Source: a virus. Taken from it: DNA of 64,000 nt. The stretch is taken from positions 1 through 64,000 of the IMG/VR virus record IMGVR_UViG_3300037851_000570, one strand, 5' to 3'. This document shows positions 24,168 to 33,145 of the stretch, piece by piece (the stretch's first letter is position 1; every line of letters starts with the position of its first letter). Both the position numbers and the translations under genes were made by a program. The notes beneath the pieces are model-generated. The model did not search any database, was not told the DNA's origin, and was given only the letters and a program-made list of their open reading frames with translations.

Positions 24168-25255
24168 TGCTCGGTGCGGTGGCGGATCAAGTAGCTCTAG
24201 AGAACCTCAAGCGGGTAAAGATCAAAGACGATTTCATCGCTGCTGCATGCCCCTTCCACAAGGGTGGCGAAGAGCGGAGGGCTTCGTTTTGGATCAACCG
24301 CGAGACGGGAGCCTGGGGCTGCTTCGCTTGTCCGAAGCACGGGTCCAGTCTCAAGTGGCTGCTGAAGGAGATGGGGCTCAAGAGCCTCAAGATCCAAGCA
24401 GTCATCGAAGAGGCCGAGGTCGAGGCCAAGAAGACCGAGAAGGTCAGGCAGGCCAAAGCTCGTCTGAAGGCCCGTAAGGACTACAAGGGCGAGCACATCT
24501 TGCCTGACTCACTCCTCGGGGTATTCGACTGGATGCCGCTGGCTCTGGTGGAGCAGGGGTACGCCCCTGAGCTCCTGAAGGAACACGACATCGGCTACGA
24601 CAAGCGAAATGACCGCATCACGTTCCCCATCCGGGACCTGTACGGGAACCTGGTCGGCATTTCAGGCCGTTCTACCCGGCCTGGTGAGGAGCCCAAGTAT
24701 CTGGTTTACAACGGCCGAAGAGCCATCGACGGAAGGGAGGTCATGGGTGAACTTGGAGAGTGGTTTCCCGAATACGCGAACGATGGGATACGCGATCATC
24801 TGTGGCGTATGGACAAGTTCTACCAGCGTCTGTTCGCCACCAACGGTGGTCAGCTTGTGCTGGTTGAAGGCTACAAAGCCGCCCTCTGGATGGTGCAACA
24901 CGGGTGGACGTACACCTGTGCGCTGATGGGCGCCAGAATGTCGGCCACCCAAGAACGCATCATCCGTTCTCTTGGAGCGGAAGTGTTCGTGTTGTTGGAC
25001 AACAACTATGCGGGGCGCTCCGGATCCCGCGACATTTGTCAGAGACTCGCAGTAAGTTCGTTCCCGGTCTATCAGTGCCGGTACCCCGCCGATTGTGGCG
25101 AGAATACCCAACCTGATGACCTCACCGAAACAGAACTCAATGAAGTTCTGAGCAGCGCAACGCGCGCAGGAGGAAGGTTCTATGACAGACAGATACGACA
25201 ATTGGGACGAAAGCATGGCCCAAGACCGGCAGGACAGCCGAAAGTCAAGTGGTAA
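24167..25255 (+). CDS. dnaG: DnaG-type DNA primase (CHC2 zinc finger + TOPRIM)
   Basis: Zinc finger CPFHKGGEERRASFWINRETGAWGCFAC, and TOPRIM elements LVLVEGYKAALWM and VFVLLDNNYAGRSG. The GTG start overlaps the helicase stop. Confidence 0.8.
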   Translation: MLGAVADQVALENLKRVKIKDDFIAAACPFHKGGEERRASFWINRETGAWGCFACPKHGSSLKWLLKEMGLKSLKIQAVIEEAEVEAKKTEKVRQAKARLKARKDYKGEHILPDSLLGVFDWMPLALVEQGYAPELLKEHDIGYDKRNDRITFPIRDLYGNLVGISGRSTRPGEEPKYLVYNGRRAIDGREVMGELGEWFPEYANDGIRDHLWRMDKFYQRLFATNGGQLVLVEGYKAALWMVQHGWTYTCALMGARMSATQERIIRSLGAEVFVLLDNNYAGRSGSRDICQRLAVSSFPVYQCRYPADCGENTQPDDLTETELNEVLSSATRAGGRFYDRQIRQLGRKHGPRPAGQPKVKW

Positions 25256-26393
25256 GAAGTGGTCCTTCTTCCACAAGCTGAACGACGCGCCGGTGCACGT
25301 CCACTTCTCGCACCCTGAGGCTCCGTACATCCACCCGAAGACGATGGCTCGGCTCCCCTACCGGGTCGGCTACCGGCACTTCATCCCCTACGGGGGGAAG
25401 CGCGGAAAGGGCCAGATGCTGGACTGCGGCCGGGCGACCGGTGAGCAGTGCGTTGTCTGCGCCTACGAGAACCCCGAGGGGCACGGGCTTCAGAACATCG
25501 CGCAGCAGACCATCGACCAGAAAGGCGCACAGCCTTACATCGCGGTGGCCGGCTGGATCGAGGAGGAGTTCCATCTGGTCGACGTCTACAACGACCCTCA
25601 GAACCCTGGTGCTGGGACGCACAAGGAGCGGCACCAGTGCACGGTGCGTGGCTGCCAGGAGTGCGCTGACGGCTGGCCCAAGGTCTTCGGCACCCGGTTC
25701 TACACCGAGCTGTCGATTGGTCAGTGGAAGAACGTCATCCACGACCTCGATCGCCAGATCAAGAACAGCCTCTGCCGCTGTGGTGGCAAGCTGGCAGTTC
25801 CGTCGTTCGTGTGTCCGAGATGCCAAGCAGTTCTTGTCGACGTGGCGTTGACCTGCGAGCATTGCCACACGCAGGCCGTTCAGTTCGACTTCACCAACGA
25901 CATGGCGGTGTGCTCGAACTGCCGGAACCAGTGGTCCTCGATCTACACGAACTACCCGGACCTCACCAAGAAGGCGCATGAGAAGTCGAACTGCCCGAAC
26001 TGCCGTGAGCTCATCACGCCGATGCCAGTCCGGGTGTGCTCGACTCCGAACTGCCCCACCGACCCCTACGACATTTTTGATTGCCAGCTCGTGCTCCGCA
26101 TGAGTGGTGTCGAGAAGGACCGGAAGTTGGTGGTGGACTCCTGCAACATCCAAGAGCCGGATGCCCGGCTCTTCGACCCAGCGTTCCAGGGCGGCGACGC
26201 CATGGCAGCCAACGTGGCCGAGAGCCACAGGAAGCCACTGGATTTGAGCCAACTCCTCAAGGCCCCGACGGCTGACGAGCAGGCCAAGATGCTGCGGTTG
26301 ATGAACCCCTTCAATGTCTCCGGGCGTGTAGCTGGCGCGAGCGACTACCCGAAGTACGCTCGTGAGAGCCGGGACACCGAGGCAGTCGAGTAG
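25182..26393 (+). CDS. gp32-like single-stranded DNA-binding protein with inserted zinc-ribbon array (tentative)
   Basis: His-Cys3 pattern YRHF...LDCGRATGEQCVVC, and downstream KVFGTRFYTELSIGQWKNVIHDL, which resembles T4 gp32 KVFKYRFGKKIWDKINAMI. It sits between primase and polymerase. Aa 198-291 carry four CxxC pairs. The start may instead be the ATG at 25215. Confidence 0.5.
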   Translation: MTDRYDNWDESMAQDRQDSRKSSGKKWSFFHKLNDAPVHVHFSHPEAPYIHPKTMARLPYRVGYRHFIPYGGKRGKGQMLDCGRATGEQCVVCAYENPEGHGLQNIAQQTIDQKGAQPYIAVAGWIEEEFHLVDVYNDPQNPGAGTHKERHQCTVRGCQECADGWPKVFGTRFYTELSIGQWKNVIHDLDRQIKNSLCRCGGKLAVPSFVCPRCQAVLVDVALTCEHCHTQAVQFDFTNDMAVCSNCRNQWSSIYTNYPDLTKKAHEKSNCPNCRELITPMPVRVCSTPNCPTDPYDIFDCQLVLRMSGVEKDRKLVVDSCNIQEPDARLFDPAFQGGDAMAANVAESHRKPLDLSQLLKAPTADEQAKMLRLMNPFNVSGRVAGASDYPKYARESRDTEAVE

Positions 26394-26710
26394 TGGGGTG
26401 GACCAAGCACCCCTATGCTGTGGACCAGTATAGGGGTGCGCGGTCCGAAGCTCTCCGTCAGTGTAAGAAGCTTGCCAAGGCGCTGAGCGAAGAGCTCGAA
26501 GGGCCGACTGACATTCACGGCATGGCCGTGCGTGAGCTGGGGGAAACTCTGCACGCTGAACTGCGACGGTTCATGCGGCTGCGAGAAGCAGTTGGTGGGG
26601 ACCACGACGTAGACATCGGGACCTACGTACATCTTGTCCTCACCTCGTTCTACTCATTCAAATGGAGGAAGCATGCCTGTCACGTTGAACCTGAGCGTGC
26701 CCAACCCTGA
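26393..26710 (+). CDS. possible small ORF in the SSB-polymerase gap (doubtful)
   Basis: GTG start with only moderate third-position GC. It would overlap the polA start by 38 nt, and its first 45 nt form a perfect 10-bp hairpin. The helical middle (ALRQCKKLAKALSEELEG) is the only supporting evidence. Confidence 0.25.
   Translation: MGWTKHPYAVDQYRGARSEALRQCKKLAKALSEELEGPTDIHGMAVRELGETLHAELRRFMRLREAVGGDHDVDIGTYVHLVLTSFYSFKWRKHACHVEPERAQP
26407..26439. repeat. perfect 10-bp inverted repeat (hairpin) just after the SSB stop
   Basis: GCACCCCTAT (26407-26416), a 13-nt spacer, then ATAGGGGTGC (26430-26439). There is no T-run after it. Confidence 0.8.
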
Positions 26711-28982
26711 GTTCATCGACACCGATGAGCAGGCTCAGGACTTCCTGGGCTTGTGTCTTCACAAAGTCGCGACTGAGCCCGGGGAGTTCATCGGATTCGA
26801 TACCGAGACCACGGGTAAGAAGATGCCCTTCACGGTCGGGACCAAGAAGCCGCTGGACTGGATGTCTGACCTCGTCACCTTCTGGAGTCTGTCGTTCGTC
26901 GATCGAGGTGTGCCTCGGAGGTTCTGTCTACGTGGAGAACACTTCCGAGGATTCGCGCCTCTCTTGGAGAATCCGGACGCTTGGTTCGCAGGTTGGAACG
27001 CCAAGTACGACGGGCACGTCTCCTGGAACATGGGCATCAACATCTGGAACGCACACGTCGTCGACGGCCTGGCGTTGATCGGCATGCACGATGAGAACCG
27101 AATCCAGCGGGGCCTGAAGGCCTGTGCAGAAGACTTGTGCGGGCTCCCGATGACCAAGTACCAGGACCTATTCGGAGACCGAGACGAGCAGGGGAACAAG
27201 ATCAAGGAGTACGAGACCAGCCTGCACGACCTCCCGATCGGAAAGGTCATCGACTACGCCTCGTACGACGCCTATGCTCATCTGGTAGCATGCTGCTGGT
27301 TGCGGGACCGCCTGTTGGCCGCACCCATCAACAACAAGTTGGACGAGCAAGGGAACTATCAGTACACCCTTTGGCACTACTTTCTGGACATGGAGGTCGA
27401 TATCACCAGAGTGCTGTGGCGCATCGAGCGGCGCGGCATGCCTGTGGATCTCGATTACCTGAAGGCCCAGGTGCCAATCATCAGCAACCAGATCTTGGAG
27501 CTCGAGCAGGAAATCAACCGGGCCGCCGGCAGACCGATCAATGTCCAGGCGCACCAGCAGTTGTCCAAATACTTCTTCAACAGCCGCAGCGATGGTGGAT
27601 TGGGGCTGACGCCGGTCAAGATGACACCGGGGAACATACCCTCTGTCGATGAAGAAGTCATGGGGCTTCTGACCGCGTCCGGCCACGAGGTGGCGCAGAA
27701 GATTGTCGCGTGTCGGAAGCTCTACAAGATCAAGAGCACCTACATCGACACTCTGATTGCTCTGGCCAGCTACTACGATGACCACCGCATCCATCCGAAC
27801 TTCAATCAGTTCGGTGCTAGGACCGGTCGGTTCTCGACAGATGTGCCGAACAGCCAGAACTTCCCGCGCCCCGACAACGACGAGTTCGGGATCCGGAAGG
27901 CGTTCAAAGCACCTGACGGGTTCAAGTTCATCGTCCCCGACTACGAGCAGTTGGAGATGAGGATCATGGCCCACATGTCGGGCGACCCCAAGATGATCGC
28001 GGCCATCCAAGAGGGGAAGGACCTCCACTCCTTCACGGTCTCGCTCATCGAAGGGTTGCCCTACGAGGCTGTGGTCGCCGCGAAGAAAGCTGAATCCCCG
28101 ACTCCGGAGCAGAAGAAGCTGAAGGGTCTTCGGCAGGACTACAAGGCCATCGGCTTTGGCATCATTTACGGTGCGGGTCCACCGAAGATTGCTCAGCAGA
28201 TCGACATTCCCGAAGAGGAGGTGGCCGCCAAGAGAGAGGAGATGAAGAGGTCAGACAACCGACTTCACAAGAAGTTCGAGAGCAAGAAGAAGAGAAACCC
28301 GCTGCTGACCAGCGACCAGATCTACACGCATCTGGCCCGGGAGGCGATTGCGGCCGACAAGATCGCGTCGTACTTCGCCGCGTTCCCAAACGTCAAGCAG
28401 TACATGGACCAGGTGCCAGAGGAGTGCCGGACCTTGATGGTTCAGGACTTCTGGGGCAAACCCCGGTTTCGACCGAGCGACCCCGTAACCGGCATTCCCA
28501 TCATGGATAGCGCGAAGTACGACTGGGACACCACGCTCACATCCGACGATTCGGACCCTGCGTGGATGCCCGGTGCCATCAACCTGACCCGCACAGGTCA
28601 CACCAAGGAGTTCGGCATAGTCCAGACGTTGTGCGGACGATACAGAAGGCTGGAGGACATCACACACACGAGCTACCTGCACCGAGGCGAAGCAGAACGC
28701 CAGGCAGTCAACACGACCATCCAAGGCTCGGCTTCAGACATCATCAAAGCCGCAATGTTGAGGATCGAGAACAATCGCCGGCTCAAAGAGCTGGTGGTCG
28801 AGATGGTCAACCAGGTGCACGACGAACTGGTCCTCACATGTCCTGAGGAGAATGTCGAGGAGGCGTCCAAGATCGTCAAAGAGTGCATGGAGCACCCGTT
28901 TGCTATGGGAAAGGAGGCCCTGGTGGTCCCCCTGCCCGTTGACCTGAAGGTAGTTGATCGTTGGAACGAGGCCAAAGGATGA
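26673..28982 (+). CDS. polA: family-A DNA polymerase with 3'-5' exonuclease domain
   Basis: Exo I is IGFDTETTG, motif A is DYEQLEMRIMAH, motif B is RQDYKAIGFGIIYG and motif C is QVHDELV. The ATG at 26673 has GGAGGA 4 nt upstream. Confidence 0.9.
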   Translation: MPVTLNLSVPNPEFIDTDEQAQDFLGLCLHKVATEPGEFIGFDTETTGKKMPFTVGTKKPLDWMSDLVTFWSLSFVDRGVPRRFCLRGEHFRGFAPLLENPDAWFAGWNAKYDGHVSWNMGINIWNAHVVDGLALIGMHDENRIQRGLKACAEDLCGLPMTKYQDLFGDRDEQGNKIKEYETSLHDLPIGKVIDYASYDAYAHLVACCWLRDRLLAAPINNKLDEQGNYQYTLWHYFLDMEVDITRVLWRIERRGMPVDLDYLKAQVPIISNQILELEQEINRAAGRPINVQAHQQLSKYFFNSRSDGGLGLTPVKMTPGNIPSVDEEVMGLLTASGHEVAQKIVACRKLYKIKSTYIDTLIALASYYDDHRIHPNFNQFGARTGRFSTDVPNSQNFPRPDNDEFGIRKAFKAPDGFKFIVPDYEQLEMRIMAHMSGDPKMIAAIQEGKDLHSFTVSLIEGLPYEAVVAAKKAESPTPEQKKLKGLRQDYKAIGFGIIYGAGPPKIAQQIDIPEEEVAAKREEMKRSDNRLHKKFESKKKRNPLLTSDQIYTHLAREAIAADKIASYFAAFPNVKQYMDQVPEECRTLMVQDFWGKPRFRPSDPVTGIPIMDSAKYDWDTTLTSDDSDPAWMPGAINLTRTGHTKEFGIVQTLCGRYRRLEDITHTSYLHRGEAERQAVNTTIQGSASDIIKAAMLRIENNRRLKELVVEMVNQVHDELVLTCPEENVEEASKIVKECMEHPFAMGKEALVVPLPVDLKVVDRWNEAKG

Positions 28983-29431
28983 ACGTGATGGACCTCGCCC
29001 AGCGGGTGGCGCTAAGTGTTGGCACTACCCGCAAGGTGGCCTATGGATTCGTCCAAGAAGCCATCGACCAAATGATCGCGGCCCTAAATTCCGGAGAAAC
29101 CATCAGCCTCCGGGGTCTGGGCCGCTTTCATTGGCGGCTCGTTTCGAGAGCCACCGTAATCACAGGACGGAGGCGCCGGAGCTATGCGCCTGGTATGAAG
29201 CTCCGGTTCACTCCGTCCAGGCGTCTCCGACGAAGGAGGAAGAGGAAGATGGGCGACAACGAAGGAATGACCAAGCTGGGAGTAGTGCTCGATGACCAGA
29301 AGACGAAGACCGCGGACTCCGATCCGCAGACTGCGGAGCGTGTTTGTCCAGTCTGCGGCAAGACTCTGGACGATGCTGGAGCGTGTCCAGAACACGGCAC
29401 AGAGCCTTTTGAACCAGATACCGCGCCGTAG
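28979..29431 (+). CDS. HU/IHF-like DNA-binding protein with C-terminal zinc ribbon
   Basis: MNVMDLAQRVALSVGTTRKVAYGFVQEAIDQMIAALNSGETISLRGLGRFHWRLVSR...APGMKLRFTPSRRL follows the HU/IHF fold pattern. It is followed by a basic run (RRRRKRK) and CPVCGKTLDDAGACPEHG. There is an ATGA overlap with the polA stop. Confidence 0.7.
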   Translation: MNVMDLAQRVALSVGTTRKVAYGFVQEAIDQMIAALNSGETISLRGLGRFHWRLVSRATVITGRRRRSYAPGMKLRFTPSRRLRRRRKRKMGDNEGMTKLGVVLDDQKTKTADSDPQTAERVCPVCGKTLDDAGACPEHGTEPFEPDTAP

Positions 29432-29918
29432 CAGTACGACGGTCGACGGCTACGGTTGTCTGAGTTGCGGTCTGGTCTACAGCGTGGACGTCTACGCGAT
29501 AGCGCCCGGCGACGCGCTCGACGGGCTGACCCACTGCCCGTTCTGCGGGGCGCCCCGAACAAAGCACCTCGGTACTCTGCCCTCACTGGTAGAGGACGAG
29601 GGGAAGTACTTTCTGATGGACGACGAGGGGTTTGGAACCGGCCCCTACGACGACGAGACTGCCGCCCGAAATGGGCTCATCGACTGGTTCAAAGGGAAGG
29701 AACAACATGCGCGGGAAAAAGAAAGAGGCGGCCGCCTCATCCTCCTCCGAAACCTCCCCCGGGCCGAAGAAGCACCGGGTCGCAGGCCCAAAGAGGGAGA
29801 CCAAAACCGAGAAGACCCCCGACCAGCAGAACTCGAGGGAGCTGGCCGAGGGGTTTGTGCACGGCATGCAGACGAACTCGAGATACCGGGGGAAGGTCCA
29901 GGTAAGCTTCGCGAGTGA
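29409..29918 (+). CDS. small zinc-ribbon protein (start and effective end uncertain)
   Basis: A good coding signal runs only from about 29440 to 29700 (GYGCLSCGLVYSVDVYAIAPGDALDGLTHCPFCGAPR...GLIDWFKGKE). Candidate starts are TTG 29409 or ATG 29373. The frame stays open to 29918, overlapping the RecA-like gene out of frame. Confidence 0.45.
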   Translation: MNQIPRRSSTTVDGYGCLSCGLVYSVDVYAIAPGDALDGLTHCPFCGAPRTKHLGTLPSLVEDEGKYFLMDDEGFGTGPYDDETAARNGLIDWFKGKEQHAREKERGGRLILLRNLPRAEEAPGRRPKEGDQNREDPRPAELEGAGRGVCARHADELEIPGEGPGKLRE

Positions 29919-31062
29919 TTTCGCGTCGCCGTATCACATCCGCCGGCCGACCGGCGTCCTGGGGCTCGACCTGGCGCTGGGCGGCGGCTTCGCGGCCGGG
30001 GGCCCTGCCCAGGTGTTTGGGCCCGGCTCAGCCGGCAAGACCCACCTGGTCTTCCGTACTGCCGGCGAGATCCAAAAGAACTACGGGGACGACGCGGTCG
30101 TTGGCATTGCCTGTTCGGAGATCCGGTTGGACAAGGGCTTCGCCAGACGTTCCGGTTTCTGCGTGGCGTACGAGGACAGCGAGATCGAGGCCTACGACGC
30201 CATCCGGATTGCCAACGGGAATCCGCCCTACACCGACGAAGAGAAGGCAGACCTGCGGCGGCAAGTCGGACAGGTAATCGTACTGACAGGCATCAATGGG
30301 GCCGAGCTCCTCGACTCCACGATCGACTTCCTGCAGTACTTCAAGAGCCGCGCCCAGTTGCTCATCGTCGAGTCGTTGGGTGCTCTTTTGACACCCGAGC
30401 AGGAGGACAAGGACGTCGGCGAGAAGACCTACGGTGGCAGCGCCGGCATCATCACGCGCTGGCAGAACAAGTCGTACCCCCAGTTCATGCTCGACCAGGA
30501 CGACGGGAGGCCCTTGGAGACCACCATCATGGGCATCAACCAGGTGCGCGCCAACATGAGCGGTGGGCCACATGGTCCGCAGACCAGAGCTGCTGCAGGA
30601 GCTTGGTCGTGGATTCATGCGCAGCTGGCTAACGTCGAGCTGAAGGTCGGCGAGCCTCTGTGGGCTGACTCCGCCCACACATCCAAGACCGGTCATGTGG
30701 TCAAGTGGGACATCAAGAAGGGCAAAGCTGGGACGCATGACGGCATTAGGGGTGAATACCTCTGGCACCACATGCCCCAGTACAACCCTGTCCTGTGGTC
30801 AGAGGTCGAGGCGACCAAAACCGAGTACGGGATCGATGTCGTACGGGACATCGTCGAGACAGCCCGCAGGATGAACGTCGTTCGGCTCGGCGGCGCCTAC
30901 TTGACGTTCGAGGACGAGGTGAAGCCTCTCCGCATTCAGGGAGACCGCAACACCCCGGCGACCGAAAAGCTGGCCCAGATGCTGGCCAACGACCTCGAGC
31001 TGGAGCAGCGTGTCAGGGTGGCATGCCTCAAGGCATCCAAGCTGGCCGTGAGCTACCGATGA
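29707..31062 (+). CDS. RecA-superfamily recombination ATPase
   Basis: GVLGLDLALGGGFAAGGPAQVFGPGSAGKTHLV (RecA-type L1/Walker A context) and Walker B LLIVESLGAL. It has a basic, low-complexity N-terminal 70 aa. The ATG at 29707 has AAGGGAAGGA upstream, and third-position GC is far higher in this frame than in the overlapping one. Confidence 0.75.
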   Translation: MRGKKKEAAASSSSETSPGPKKHRVAGPKRETKTEKTPDQQNSRELAEGFVHGMQTNSRYRGKVQVSFASDFASPYHIRRPTGVLGLDLALGGGFAAGGPAQVFGPGSAGKTHLVFRTAGEIQKNYGDDAVVGIACSEIRLDKGFARRSGFCVAYEDSEIEAYDAIRIANGNPPYTDEEKADLRRQVGQVIVLTGINGAELLDSTIDFLQYFKSRAQLLIVESLGALLTPEQEDKDVGEKTYGGSAGIITRWQNKSYPQFMLDQDDGRPLETTIMGINQVRANMSGGPHGPQTRAAAGAWSWIHAQLANVELKVGEPLWADSAHTSKTGHVVKWDIKKGKAGTHDGIRGEYLWHHMPQYNPVLWSEVEATKTEYGIDVVRDIVETARRMNVVRLGGAYLTFEDEVKPLRIQGDRNTPATEKLAQMLANDLELEQRVRVACLKASKLAVSYR

Positions 31063-31574
31063 GGATGCGCTGCCATCGCTGCGGCTGGAGCGATTCAGTC
31101 GACCCAGCCGTTGTAGCTCGTCGTCGTCGGGCAGGCCTCGACCCTGGGATGCGGTGCCCGAGTTGCGGCTCGACTGCGGAACCCGACGACGGGGGAAAGC
31201 GAGCTGCCATTCGAGAGAACCTGAAGCGGAGTCGGCAACAGGAGACTAGGGTGGCGAAGCGCGAGGGGGCCCGGAGGCAGCCTGCTTCCGGGTCCCGTCC
31301 GGGCTATGAGGGGGACGTCCGCAAGCTCGGCGCGTACCGAGGGGAGTGCAAGTTCACCCGAGCGCAATCATACTCTCTGAAGCTCGAGACTCTTCGAGAG
31401 CTAGAGATGCAGGCCAACTACGGGGAACTCCCGGTTCTGGACATCGAGTTCCAAGTGGGCCCGCTCCACTGGCGCTATGTTGTCCTGCCAGAGTGGGCCT
31501 ACGAGATGCTCATGACCGAAGCCGGGCGGAGAGGAGACCAAATCAGTGACCGACAGCCTCAAAACGATAGATGA
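31059..31574 (+). CDS. Hjc-like PD-(D/E)XK Holliday-junction resolvase with N-terminal zinc ribbon (tentative)
   Basis: CHRC...CPSC is followed by ETRVAKREGARRQPASGSRPGYEGDVRKLGAYRGECKFT, giving the E...ASGS...D...E-x-K order seen in archaeal-type Hjc. There is an ATGA overlap with the RecA-like stop. Confidence 0.5.
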   Translation: MRMRCHRCGWSDSVDPAVVARRRRAGLDPGMRCPSCGSTAEPDDGGKRAAIRENLKRSRQQETRVAKREGARRQPASGSRPGYEGDVRKLGAYRGECKFTRAQSYSLKLETLRELEMQANYGELPVLDIEFQVGPLHWRYVVLPEWAYEMLMTEAGRRGDQISDRQPQNDR

Positions 31575-32367
31575 CCTCGAATGGGCCCAGCAGAACAACT
31601 CTGCGCTCATCGAGCACTACCTGGGTCAGGTGACGGTCCTAGAGGACCTGAAGAAGTACCTGCGGTGGTTGGACGACAACGAAGTAACGACCACCGTGAA
31701 GTCCAAGCTGAAGAGGTACAAGCTCAGGGCCAAAGGGATCCATCCGTCCTCAGCCTGCAAGAAAAACGTCTGCCTGCTCAAGCTCTACTACGAGTGCACC
31801 AATGAGCTGAAGCCTGCCAAGACGTTCGACCCCAAGGCCCAGCTCACGTGGGACATTGGCACCATGTTGCACGACATGATGCAGGTGCACTTCACGGCCA
31901 TGTACCAGGAGCAGTTCCAGTTCGAGGTGCCGTTGAAGTACGGCCACATCAAGAGCAGTACGGACGGGATCTTCGAGTTCGACAACTACCGGTTCATCCT
32001 CGAGATGAAGTCCATCAAAGAGGGTGGGAACTTTGGTTGGGAGACCATCCAAGCCAAGCCCATGGAGGACAACGTCCGTCAGGCGCACTTCTACATGTGG
32101 CTGGCCAACATCCCGATGGCCCTTTTGCTCTACATCAACAAGAACGGCAGCGAGTTCCGCGAACACGCCATCCTGTTCGACCACGCGCTGTGGGCCGACA
32201 TCGAACAGAACGTCCTCACGCCGGTCATTGCGGCCGCCTACGAGAACGGGCCCAAGGTCCCGGCTCGACCGGGCTGGCACTGCCGGTGGTGTGACTTCTC
32301 GCATTCCTGTCCCGAGAAAGGAGGTAAGAAAGATGCCGATTCTGACTGGGCCGAAGAGGGGTCCTGA
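31546..32367 (+). CDS. Cas4/RecB-family PD-(D/E)XK exonuclease with Fe-S cysteine cluster
   Basis: D...ExK core (DGIFEFDNYRFILEMKS), QhxxY motif (QAHFYMW), one N-terminal Cys (SACKKNVC) plus a C-terminal CRWCDFSHSC (C-x2-C-x5-C). GTG start with GAGGAG upstream. Confidence 0.7.
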   Translation: MTDSLKTIDDLEWAQQNNSALIEHYLGQVTVLEDLKKYLRWLDDNEVTTTVKSKLKRYKLRAKGIHPSSACKKNVCLLKLYYECTNELKPAKTFDPKAQLTWDIGTMLHDMMQVHFTAMYQEQFQFEVPLKYGHIKSSTDGIFEFDNYRFILEMKSIKEGGNFGWETIQAKPMEDNVRQAHFYMWLANIPMALLLYINKNGSEFREHAILFDHALWADIEQNVLTPVIAAAYENGPKVPARPGWHCRWCDFSHSCPEKGGKKDADSDWAEEGS

Positions 32368-33145
32368 CGGTGGGCTCAATACCGACGTTGGTGAGGTCGA
32401 GGCTATGGAGCGGTACAGCTACGCTCCGCGCATCGACGAGATCCTCGAGAGCTATGGGGTGACCGCGCCCCCTCGACCGATGCTGGACGAGGAACACCAG
32501 CAATGGATCCCTGGTCTCGTAGCAGGCCAGTACTTCAACGGAAGGCTGCCGACTATCATCCGCAAGATGACACTCGACCAGTTGTCCGTGCTTCACTCTC
32601 TGTTCTCGGGCTACTTTGCCTACCTGGCCTTTGTGACCAACAAGGCCGCGGCCGAGAGGTCCGAGTCCTTGAGGAAGAAGGAGTTCCTCTGGTCGTACAT
32701 CCGGGACTCCATCAAGCGGGCGCTCGACCCCGAGACCGGAAAGCGCCCAACCGACCAGAGTGCGAGTGATGCTACCCGCCACGACATCCGATTCGTGACC
32801 GCCAGCGCCGACTATGACGTGAAGAACTGCGTCTACGAGACGTTGACGGGCATGTTGAAGATCGCCGAGCAGGACATGAGAGTCATCTCGCGCGAGATCA
32901 CCATCCAGCAGATGAAGCTCTTCGAAGGCTACAAGGGTTCTAACCCGATGATGGAAGCCGCACGACGAGCTGGCCGAGCGGCCTTTGTGGAGGACGTTCA
33001 TGCCGACATGGCCGAAGAATGCGCCCGGGACTTCAATCCGGGTCGGCCCGCCCCCAGGGGCGCCTACCATCCATCGGGCGCCGAGCCCGAGGGTGGCACC
33101 CGTCCCCCACCAGCTGGGCGAACGCCGATCACCCGGCGCCGTTGA
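32333..33145 (+). CDS. hypothetical protein (270 aa)
   Basis: The ATG at 32333 has AAAGGAGGT 7 nt upstream. The first 103 codons of the track ORF 32024..33145 are an alternative frame of the nuclease gene. No family recognised. Confidence 0.7.
   Translation: MPILTGPKRGPDGGLNTDVGEVEAMERYSYAPRIDEILESYGVTAPPRPMLDEEHQQWIPGLVAGQYFNGRLPTIIRKMTLDQLSVLHSLFSGYFAYLAFVTNKAAAERSESLRKKEFLWSYIRDSIKRALDPETGKRPTDQSASDATRHDIRFVTASADYDVKNCVYETLTGMLKIAEQDMRVISREITIQQMKLFEGYKGSNPMMEAARRAGRAAFVEDVHADMAEECARDFNPGRPAPRGAYHPSGAEPEGGTRPPPAGRTPITRRR

Noticed and set aside
29690-29720. Programmed -1 frameshift at GGGAAAAAG joining the zinc-ribbon ORF to the RecA-like ORF
   Set aside because: The RecA-like frame is +1, not -1, relative to the upstream ORF, and the sequence is not a canonical X_XXY_YYZ heptamer in the zero frame. 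This is kept only as a low-probability alternative in the overlap finding.
32024-32332. N-terminal 103 codons of track ORF 32024..33145
   Set aside because: This part lies in an alternative frame of the Cas4-like nuclease gene and is R/S/T/P-rich. The ATG at 32333 has a strong AAAGGAGGT RBS, so the gene starts there.
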